From: Chitinophagaceae bacterium
GTDB lineage: Bacteria > Bacteroidota > Bacteroidia > Chitinophagales > Chitinophagaceae
DNA length: 46,778 bases
Assembly: GCA_044238505.1 (NCBI GenBank)
Contig: JBIIDB010000001.1
Span: forward strand, 1-46,778
Direction of reading: 5' to 3'
Positions within the stretch are counted from its first letter, which is position 1, and each line of letters opens with the position of its first letter. The notes below the pieces were generated by a model. That model did no database searches, was not told the origin of the DNA, and worked only from the letters and a program-made list of their open reading frames with translations. The position numbers and the translations under genes are program-made. Shown here in pieces: positions 1-7,413 of this stretch.

Positions 1-1006
1 GCGTATACTGCTTGATCAAGGCGTTGCGGGGTGTGGTCAAGATGGCGCGAAGGGTAGCGGCATCGAGCGGATCCAAATGCGCAACTACGGGTAAGCGGCC
101 CAGCAACTCAGGGATCAACCCGAATGACTTAAGGTCGGTAGCATTCACATAACTGAGCAGGTTGCGCGTGCGACGATCTTGCTCCTCTTTATCGACATTG
201 AATCCGATGGTGTTAGTATGCACCCGGCGGGCAATGATGCGGTCGATGCCATCGAAGGCGCCGCCACAGATAAAAAGGATATTCTGGGTATTGACCTTGA
301 TAAGTTTTTGCTCAGGGTGTTTGCGTCCGCCTTGTGGAGGGACGAGTACATCGGTTCCTTCCAGCAGTTTGAGCATACCTTGTTGCACGCCTTCCCCACT
401 CACATCGCGTGTAATAGAGGGGTTATCACTTTTACGGGCGATCTTATCGATCTCGTCAATATAAACAATACCGCGTTCGGCAGCTGCTACATCGTAGTTG
501 CAGACTTGCAGTAAACGGCTTAAAATGCTCTCCACATCCTCGCCTACATAGCCTGCTTCTGTAAAGACAGTGGCATCCACGATGGCAAAAGGCACGTTGA
601 GCATGCGGGCAATACTTTTAGCCAGCAAGGTTTTACCGGTGCCGGTCTCACCCACCATGATGATATTGCTTTTTTCAATCTCAACCTCCTGGTGGTTGGA
701 TAATTCGGTGTTTCGTTGCTGCAACCGTTTGTAGTGATTGTAGACGGCCACGGACAATACTTTTTTGGCCTCGTCCTGACCGATCACATATTCATCCAAA
801 AAGCGTTTGATCTCGGTGGGCTTTTTTACCGAGAGTTTAAAGCTGCTTTTGGTCTTATCTTCTTTTACCGTTAATTCCTGGTCGATGATCTCGCGGGCAT
901 GCTCCACGCAATTCTCACAGATATGTCCATCCTGCCCGGCAATCAGGATCTTGACCTCGTCGCGACTGCGACCACAAAAAGAGCAATGAAGCGTATTCTT
1001 AGCCAT
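1..1006 (-). CDS. clpX: ATP-dependent Clp protease ATPase subunit ClpX (3' end outside window; absent from ORF track)
   Basis: Manual translation from ATG at 1006: [33 protein letters not shown] (Zn finger), Walker [37 protein letters not shown]; follows clpP. Confidence 0.97.
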   Translation of the reverse strand, partial: MAKNTLHCSFCGRSRDEVKILIAGQDGHICENCVEHAREIIDQELTVKEDKTKSSFKLSVKKPTEIKRFLDEYVIGQDEAKKVLSVAVYNHYKRLQQRNTELSNHQEVEIEKSNIIMVGETGTGKTLLAKSIARMLNVPFAIVDATVFTEAGYVGEDVESILSRLLQVCNYDVAAAERGIVYIDEIDKIARKSDNPSITRDVSGEGVQQGMLKLLEGTDVLVPPQGGRKHPEQKLIKVNTQNILFICGGAFDGIDRIIARRVHTNTIGFNVDKEEQDRRTRNLLSYVNATDLKSFGLIPELLGRLPVVAHLDPLDAATLRAILTTPRNALIKQYT

Positions 1007-1010
1007 CCTA

Positions 1011-1018
1011 CAAAATTA
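1011..1018 (-). promoter_or_regulatory. Bacteroidota -7 promoter box TAATTTTG for clpX
   Basis: Exact TAnnTTTG, 4 nt upstream of the clpX ATG. Confidence 0.7.
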
Positions 1019-1044
1019 AAAAAACCGCCCCGAAAGGGACGGTT
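1018..1044 (-). terminator. Intrinsic terminator after clpP2
   Basis: Minus strand AACCGTCCC-TTTC-GGGGCGGTT with a T7 tract; the G:U pair forms only on this strand. Confidence 0.8.
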
Positions 1045-1160
1045 AATATTTTAAGTATTTAAAAATCAATTACTTAAATGATATTTTGCAACTGGCGCAG
1101 CCGGATTACATATCTCTGCATCGACCATGGCCAAGCAGGGTCCGCTACCGGGCTGCCTGC

Positions 1161-1805
1161 TTAAAGCTTGTTCAGTAATTTATCGGCGATCCCGTATTCG
1201 ATGGCTTGTTTGGCATCCATCCAGTAGTCACGATCAAAGTCTTTCATGATCTGCTCTACCGACTTACCGCAATTCTTAGCCAAAATTCCGGCACCGATTT
1301 CTTTGACCCGGCGGGTCTGTTCGGCCTGGATCTCCAGGTCGGTGCTCACGCCGCGAATGTATCCTCCCAGTGAGGGTTGATGGATCATCACCTCGCCGTG
1401 CGGGAAAATATAGCGCTTTCCTTTGGCACCGCCGCTCAACAAGATGCTGCCCATCGAGGCGGCCAGTCCCATACAGATAGTACTGACCGGGCTGCTGATC
1501 ATCTGCATCGTATCGTACATAACCATCCCGCTGGTGACTACGCCACCGGGGCTGTTGATATAAAACTTGATCTCTTCTCCGGGCTTATCGGCTTCCAGCA
1601 ATAATAATTTGCTCACCACGTCTTTGGCCGATTTGTCATCGACCACGCCCCACAGGTATACGGCTCTTTTTTCGAAGAAGTAGCGCTCCAGTTTTTTACT
1701 GAACATACCCAGATCACTCTTGGGTTGCTCCTCTTTTTCTTCTTCTTCGCTGCGCCATGCAGGGCCGTCTGTAAAAGGATGATGCTGAAAAGGATGGCGA
1801 TTCAT
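1161..1805 (-). CDS. clpP: Second ClpP proteolytic subunit
   Basis: YINSPGG, GLAASMG (Ser), MIHQP (His), DRDYWM (Asp). Confidence 0.95.
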   Translation of the reverse strand: MNRHPFQHHPFTDGPAWRSEEEEKEEQPKSDLGMFSKKLERYFFEKRAVYLWGVVDDKSAKDVVSKLLLLEADKPGEEIKFYINSPGGVVTSGMVMYDTMQMISSPVSTICMGLAASMGSILLSGGAKGKRYIFPHGEVMIHQPSLGGYIRGVSTDLEIQAEQTRRVKEIGAGILAKNCGKSVEQIMKDFDRDYWMDAKQAIEYGIADKLLNKL

Positions 1806-1814
1806 ATAGCTAGT

Positions 1815-2507
1815 TTAATCTTTCTTTTGTTTACGGGGATTGGTAATGAGTACTTCGTCGACTAATCCGTATTCTTTGGCTTCGGCAGCGGTCATCCAAT
1901 TATCGCGATCGAAGTCTTGTTCGATTTGTTCGATCGATTTGCCCGTATGGGTTTGTACCACTTCGTACAGTTCTTTTTTTAGCTTACGGATCTCTTTGAC
2001 GGTAATCTCTATGTCGCTGGCCTGTCCGCCAATGGCGCCGCTGGGCTGATGCATCATGATGCGGGAGTGCCGCAGTGCTGCACGCTTTCCTTTCGTACCG
2101 GCTCCGAGCAATACGCAGGCCATGGAAGCGGCCACGCCAATGCAAATAGTAGCAATATCGGGGCTAACATATTGCATGGTGTCGTAGACGCCCAGCCCGG
2201 CATAGACACTGCCGCCGGGGCTGTTGATGTACATGTTGATATCGCGCGTACGATCCGATGAATCCAAAAACAGTAATTGAGCCGTTACAATATTGGCGAT
2301 CTCATCATTGATGGGGTAGCCCAAAAAAATAATGCGGTCCATCATCAGCCGACTATATACATCCATTACCGCCACATTCAGCGAACGCTCTTCGATGATG
2401 TTAGGGGTCATAGCGGTAATCAGGTGATTTCCGTATTGATGCAGGGTATTGCTGGAGATGCCCCGGTGCTTGATGGCAAATTTTTCAAATTCCGATTGGG
2501 TGCTCAT
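1815..2507 (-). CDS. clpP: ClpP proteolytic subunit
   Basis: DVYSRLMMDRIIFL, YINSPGG, AASM, MMHQP, DRDNWM. Confidence 0.97.
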   Translation of the reverse strand: MSTQSEFEKFAIKHRGISSNTLHQYGNHLITAMTPNIIEERSLNVAVMDVYSRLMMDRIIFLGYPINDEIANIVTAQLLFLDSSDRTRDINMYINSPGGSVYAGLGVYDTMQYVSPDIATICIGVAASMACVLLGAGTKGKRAALRHSRIMMHQPSGAIGGQASDIEITVKEIRKLKKELYEVVQTHTGKSIEQIEQDFDRDNWMTAAEAKEYGLVDEVLITNPRKQKKD

Positions 2508-2535
2508 GTGCGCGTAGAGATTTTAGAACAATAGT

Positions 2536-2552
2536 AGCAAATATCCGTCCAA
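2536..2552 (-). promoter_or_regulatory. Putative sigma54 (-24/-12) promoter of clpP-clpP2
   Basis: TTGGACGGATATTTGCT has exact GG-N10-GC spacing and ends in TTGCT; about 30 nt upstream of clpP. Confidence 0.5.
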
Positions 2553-2618
2553 AAGGCGGGTCGGCAAAAATAAAGACAGGATGACAGATGAGCCTATGAC
2601 AAGAATCGCAGCCCCCTG

Positions 2619-3995
2619 TTAATGGTGGTCATGCTGATGGCTTTCTACCATCGATGTAAAGGCCTCGGCTGTAATGGGCTTATCGGTGGGATGCAGCTGC
2701 GTAGTGGCCCACTCGAACATCTTTTGGGTCTGTATACGATGAAACGCGTCCTCTACATATTTGCGGTCCTTCATCATCTTTTCAACGTAATCGTTGATCC
2801 AGGGTTGTTCCTCGGCCATGGACATGCCACCCATGTAACTAAAGAGCTGTTGCTTGGCGAATTGACGAAGCTCCTGCGGATCTACTTGAATACCGTTATC
2901 GGCTACGATCTTCTCCGAGATAAGGGTCCATTTGAGTTGGTTGGCGAATTTGGGATACTCTTCTTCGGCCTGCTCGGGGGTTTTGGGATTTTCGCCTTGT
3001 GTTTGCAGCCATTTTTTCAAAAAGGCCTCGGGCAGCGACAGCGGCGTGTGGTCAAGAAGCTGGTGGTACAACTGATCGTGGATCTGGTTGGTGGCTTGCG
3101 CATTCCAATGAGCCTGGATTTCCTCCTTGATCTTTTCGCGAAACTGCTCGAGCGTCTTGATCTCTTTTCCAGGATAAAGTTGCTCAAAGAATTCCTCATT
3201 CAGTTCTCTTTTTTCGAGGAGTCCGATTTTAGTGATGGAGATACTGAATGGTGTTGCATCGGCAGTGGCATCGGTCTTGTCAAAGCCGAGATCGCTGCGC
3301 AGCCACTCTCTTTCTTTTTCTTCGAAAGCTTCTGCGAGTGAGAATGTGAGTGCGTCTCCGGTCTTCTTTCCCATCCATTGCTTGCGGGCGTTCTCGGAGA
3401 AATATTTTACCAGCAGTGAATTGTCTTTACGGGCGCCTCCTTCGACAGGCTCGCCGCTCGCACTCACTTGGGTAAAAACAACGTTCAGTACATTTTCTTC
3501 GTTGTCGACCACTTCCTGATCTTTCATGTTCCCGTAGCGATTTTGCAACCGGGTCAGTTCGTTATCGATCATTTCATCGGTTACTGTTACCACGTAGCGG
3601 GTGATCGCGGCTTTACCCAGTTCGGGCAATTGCACGGGGGGCTTGCATCCGATTTCGAAATGAAAGGTGTAGTCGAGCGGGTTGTTGCAGTCAAGTTGAT
3701 TAAAGTCAGCCTCAAGGGGTAGGGGCTGGGCAAAAATCTCGATCTTTTCTTGTTGTAGCCAGCCGATCAGTTCACGGTCTACGGTTTTGAGCACTTCGTC
3801 GGTGAACAGCGAAGGGCCGACCATCTTTTTGATAAGGCCGGTGGGCACCATCCCCTTTCTAAAACCGGGAATATTGGCCTTGCGACCATAGTCCTTGACT
3901 GATCTTTCGAAAGCCGGTAAATAATCTTTTTTATCGAGGGTCAGTGTGAGGCGATCGTGCAAGGGGCCGATGGGGGAGCGGGTAACGGTTGCCAT
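2619..3995 (-). CDS. tig: Trigger factor
   Basis: IPGFRKGMVP ribosome-binding signature; tRNA-Leu/tig/clpP/clpX synteny. Confidence 0.95.
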   Translation of the reverse strand: MATVTRSPIGPLHDRLTLTLDKKDYLPAFERSVKDYGRKANIPGFRKGMVPTGLIKKMVGPSLFTDEVLKTVDRELIGWLQQEKIEIFAQPLPLEADFNQLDCNNPLDYTFHFEIGCKPPVQLPELGKAAITRYVVTVTDEMIDNELTRLQNRYGNMKDQEVVDNEENVLNVVFTQVSASGEPVEGGARKDNSLLVKYFSENARKQWMGKKTGDALTFSLAEAFEEKEREWLRSDLGFDKTDATADATPFSISITKIGLLEKRELNEEFFEQLYPGKEIKTLEQFREKIKEEIQAHWNAQATNQIHDQLYHQLLDHTPLSLPEAFLKKWLQTQGENPKTPEQAEEEYPKFANQLKWTLISEKIVADNGIQVDPQELRQFAKQQLFSYMGGMSMAEEQPWINDYVEKMMKDRKYVEDAFHRIQTQKMFEWATTQLHPTDKPITAEAFTSMVESHQHDHH

Positions 3996-4020
3996 AATTC
4001 AATTTAAATTAACTGCTGTG

Positions 4021-4102
4021 TCCGGATGGAGGGACTCGAACCCCCACACCTTGCGGCATCAGATCCTAAGTCTGACGTGTCTACCAATTTCACCACATCC
4101 GG
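4021..4102 (-). tRNA. tRNA-Leu(TAG), CCA not encoded
   Basis: Acceptor CCGGATG/CATCCGG plus A73; anticodon arm TCAGA-CTTAGGA-TCTGA; long variable arm; GGTTCGAGTCC T-loop. Confidence 0.95.
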
Positions 4103-4125
4103 AGAACTTACTTGCAAAGGGGCTG

Positions 4126-4133
4126 CAAATGTA
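4126..4133 (-). promoter_or_regulatory. -7 box TACATTTG for tRNA-Leu/tig
   Basis: Exact TAnnTTTG, 23 nt upstream of the tRNA. Confidence 0.7.
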
Positions 4134-4176
4134 GCTTTTTTCGGCCGTTATGGCTAGTTTTTGAACCAAAAAACCT

Positions 4177-4184
4177 TAGATTTG
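4177..4184 (+). promoter_or_regulatory. -7 box TAGATTTG for the T9SS cargo/porP pair
   Basis: Exact TAnnTTTG, 31 nt upstream of ATG 4216. Confidence 0.6.
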
Positions 4185-4215
4185 AATCAACCCAAAACTG
4201 CCCAAACTCCTGCAG

Positions 4216-6429
4216 ATGAGAAAAAAACTGATCGGTCTTCTGTTAATGACCTATGCTCTGGGTGCTTTTTCCCAGAATCCTGCCACCACCTTTACGATCC
4301 CTGCTCGTACAATTCTGCTGCCTTGCGGCACAAGTTGTACCCCTATTTCGGTACAGGTGCCGCATATTAAACAGACCAACACCTATGTGATGACTACCCC
4401 GGCCTACCAGCCCTTTGCCTACGTAACGCCCACGGGCACCGTGGTAAGTTCTATTTATGTGGACGATACCTGGAGCCAGGCTATTGCATTGCCTTTCCCA
4501 TTTTGTTACTACGGCAACAGCTTTAATGCGCTATTGATGGGTTCTAATTCTGCCATCACTTTCGATCTGAGCCGGGCCGGGCTGGGCAGCGGCTATGTGA
4601 TCAGCAGTACCACGGGAGCTATTCCCAACACCAGTTATACCGCCAACATGATCTTTGGGCCCTATCATGATATCGATCCCAGTGATCCTTCTGCGAATAA
4701 AAAAATCGAATGGAGAGTGGAGGGGACCGCTCCCAAGCGCCGCTTTATTGCGAGCTACAACGACATGCCTTACTTTGGGTCCAGTTGTACAACGCCAAGA
4801 GCGACTCACCAAATGGTTCTTTATGAGGCCACCGGCATAGTAGAGGTATACATCCAAGATAAACCCGTTTGTACATCTTGGAACGGTGGTAATGCCATTT
4901 TGGGAATGCAGGATGGCACCCGTACCCAAGCCATTGCCGCCCCGGGAAAGAATGCCACGCAGTGGGGTAGTGTGGCGATGAACGAGGCTTACCGATTTAT
5001 TCCCAGCGGCGGAACCTCACGGTATAAATCGGCTCGTCTGTTGGTCAATGGCGTGCAGGTCAATACCGCCGATACCAGCACGGCTTCGCCCGGCGTGCTC
5101 AATCTCAGCTTTCCCAACGTTTGCCCCACCGCTGATAGCACCGCCTATGTAGTACAGGTTACCTACGGCGATTGCAATAACCCCTCAGCCGATGTCGTAT
5201 TTACCGATACGGTGTTTGTAAAAAAGACGGGACCCAGTATTTCGGTTGCCAAGACCGATCCTAACTGTGCGCCCAATGGAACTATTACCGTAACCGCGCA
5301 AGGCGGAACTGCTCCGCTTCAATACAGCATTAACGGGGGAACCACCTGGCAGTCGGCCAATAGCTTTACCGGGTTGTCTGGTGGTACTTATTCGGTAGTG
5401 GTACGTGATGCAGCCAACTGCCGATCCAGTGTACAAACCATTACGCTGGCCGTCTCTAACACCTTGACGCAATCGATCGCTACCACGGGTGCTACTTGTA
5501 CGGCCGGCGGCAGCCTCACCATCACTGCAACCGGTGGGGGAAATCCTCCCTATGAATACAGCATCAATGGCGGAACCAGCTGGCAATCTTCTAACAGTTT
5601 TACCGGGTTGGCCGGCGGCACGTACACGGTGGTGACGCGCAACCCTGTAACCACTTGTACGGCTACCAGCACTGTCACTATTTCGTTTACAAATAATCTG
5701 ACGTTGGATCCGATCAATGGCACCAGTATTTGTTTTGGCGCTTCGTTTACGCCGGTGGTAACTTCCAATGCCACCAGCTTTAGCTGGACGCCCACGACCG
5801 GCGTTAGCAATGCCGCTGTTGCTGCACCTGTGTTTGCTCCATCGGCTACTACCAATTATACACTGTCGGCTCGCTTGGGCACCTGCTCTACACAGCGTAC
5901 GATGCTGATCACGATTTTTCCGGGGGCTACAGCCAATGCCGGTCCTGATGCAACCATTATTGCAGGAGATATCTACACCATGCAGGCCAGTGGTTCTGCC
6001 GGCACCTATCTCTGGTCACCTTCTACAGCCTTGACCAATGCGGCCTTGCTGAATCCTAATGCTAATCCCGCTGTTACCACCACCTATTCGTTACGAGTAA
6101 CCACTTCGCAAGGGTGCGTAGCTAACGATGATATGACCTTGACTGTGATTCCGTACTGCATTAAACCCATGAATGCCTTTACACCCAATGGAGACGGGAT
6201 CAATGACCGCTGGTTAATTACCAATGGCAATTGCTTAGCCAATGCGCAAGTGCAGGTATTCAATCGGTATGGTGCAAAAGTTTTTGAGGATAAGAATTAT
6301 CGCAATACCTGGGAAGGCACCTACAATGGCAACCCGCTTCCTGACGGAACATATTATTATGTTATCACCTTCCGACTTATTAATAACAAGGTAGAGACCA
6401 GATCCGGTAACGTGACAATCTTGCGCTAA
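4216..6429 (+). CDS. T9SS cargo with type-B (gliding motility-associated) CTD; NIDO-like head, 2 SprB-like repeats
   Basis: Signal peptide; C-terminal NAFTPNGDGINDRW...VFNRYG...WEG...LPDGTYYY...GNVTILR; repeats GG.PY.YSINGG..WQS.NSFTGL.GGTY. Confidence 0.9.
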   Translation: MRKKLIGLLLMTYALGAFSQNPATTFTIPARTILLPCGTSCTPISVQVPHIKQTNTYVMTTPAYQPFAYVTPTGTVVSSIYVDDTWSQAIALPFPFCYYGNSFNALLMGSNSAITFDLSRAGLGSGYVISSTTGAIPNTSYTANMIFGPYHDIDPSDPSANKKIEWRVEGTAPKRRFIASYNDMPYFGSSCTTPRATHQMVLYEATGIVEVYIQDKPVCTSWNGGNAILGMQDGTRTQAIAAPGKNATQWGSVAMNEAYRFIPSGGTSRYKSARLLVNGVQVNTADTSTASPGVLNLSFPNVCPTADSTAYVVQVTYGDCNNPSADVVFTDTVFVKKTGPSISVAKTDPNCAPNGTITVTAQGGTAPLQYSINGGTTWQSANSFTGLSGGTYSVVVRDAANCRSSVQTITLAVSNTLTQSIATTGATCTAGGSLTITATGGGNPPYEYSINGGTSWQSSNSFTGLAGGTYTVVTRNPVTTCTATSTVTISFTNNLTLDPINGTSICFGASFTPVVTSNATSFSWTPTTGVSNAAVAAPVFAPSATTNYTLSARLGTCSTQRTMLITIFPGATANAGPDATIIAGDIYTMQASGSAGTYLWSPSTALTNAALLNPNANPAVTTTYSLRVTTSQGCVANDDMTLTVIPYCIKPMNAFTPNGDGINDRWLITNGNCLANAQVQVFNRYGAKVFEDKNYRNTWEGTYNGNPLPDGTYYYVITFRLINNKVETRSGNVTILR

Positions 6430-6449
6430 TCACCGCTTAATTTAAACCT

Positions 6450-7346
6450 ATGAACCGCATTCTAACTATACTACTTCTTGCACTGACCTGCGGCAAGCTC
6501 AATGCCCAGCAGTTGATGACCTCCTCGCTCTACGAGCTGCAGGGAAATTTACATAACCCGGCTATGGCGGGATTGCGCCAACAAACGGTATTGGGCGCAT
6601 CTTATCGCAGCATGTGGAGCGGAATTGAGGGTAGTCCCGTTACGGCCCTTGTGTATGGCTCTACGTTTTTACAAAAAGCCGGTATCGGCATCGGCGGTTA
6701 CCTGTACAGCGATGTGACCGGCCCCACCAGCAGAAGGGGTATTCAAACTTCGTATGCTTATCACATTCCCCTGCAAAATGGTGCTCAGTTTTCAGTCGGG
6801 CTCGAAGCTCGCTTTCAGCAATTTGCCATCGACAAAGCGATGTTGATCGATGCCTTGGGTACCGATCCTGTTATGGGCGGAGCGGCCAATCGGTTTAAGG
6901 GTGATGCGGGATTGGGCGTGGCCTATACCGCCTCCAACTGGCAACTCGGGGCCTCCGTTAGTCAACTTATTCAATCGAAGCTCGATTTTTACACGGGCAA
7001 TCTTATGCGTAACGAAGAAGCTCGTCTCTATCGACATTTCTATCTGCAGGGATCCTATCAGTGGCAGGTCGATGCCAACACCCGTATCATCCCTAATTTT
7101 TTAGTGATCTACTTACCCAATGCACCCACGGAGCTGCAGGCGGGAGCCAGGGTCGAGCACCGCGAGCTTTTTTGGTGGGGACTCTCGTTGCGTGCTCGCC
7201 AAAGCTGGATGCTGTCGGCCGGCGTAAAGGTGCAGCAAAAGATGACCCTTGGCTATTCTTTTGATATTTACTCATCTCCGCTAAGCGTTTTTGACCGTGG
7301 TCCCAACGCGCATGAGATCTTGATTCGCTATCAGTTCGGCAAATAA
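6450..7346 (+). CDS. PorP/SprF family T9SS outer-membrane protein
   Basis: Signal peptide, NPAMAG, YRSMWSGIEGSP, SYAYHI, GYSFD, HEI; directly follows a type-B CTD protein. Confidence 0.9.
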   Translation: MNRILTILLLALTCGKLNAQQLMTSSLYELQGNLHNPAMAGLRQQTVLGASYRSMWSGIEGSPVTALVYGSTFLQKAGIGIGGYLYSDVTGPTSRRGIQTSYAYHIPLQNGAQFSVGLEARFQQFAIDKAMLIDALGTDPVMGGAANRFKGDAGLGVAYTASNWQLGASVSQLIQSKLDFYTGNLMRNEEARLYRHFYLQGSYQWQVDANTRIIPNFLVIYLPNAPTELQAGARVEHRELFWWGLSLRARQSWMLSAGVKVQQKMTLGYSFDIYSSPLSVFDRGPNAHEILIRYQFGK

Positions 7347-7372
7347 GCGACCCGGCACCCCTGTTTCCGCGC

Positions 7373-7399
7373 TATCCCTCTTTCATAGGGGATATTTTG
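7373..7399 (+). terminator. Possible terminator after porP/sprF
   Basis: TATCCC...GGGATA stem followed by TTTT. Confidence 0.4.
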
Positions 7400-7413
7400 T
7401 AAATTCGTAGAAG

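Noticed and set aside
4021-4215. tRNA-Leu or tRNA-Ala as island integration sites
   Set aside because: No integrase and no duplicated tRNA 3' end seen; housekeeping genes lie downstream
5321-5621. Similar DNA segments at about 5321-5387 and 5555-5621 as CRISPR or DGR repeats
   Set aside because: In-frame protein repeats with mostly third-position differences; no spacers or reverse transcriptase
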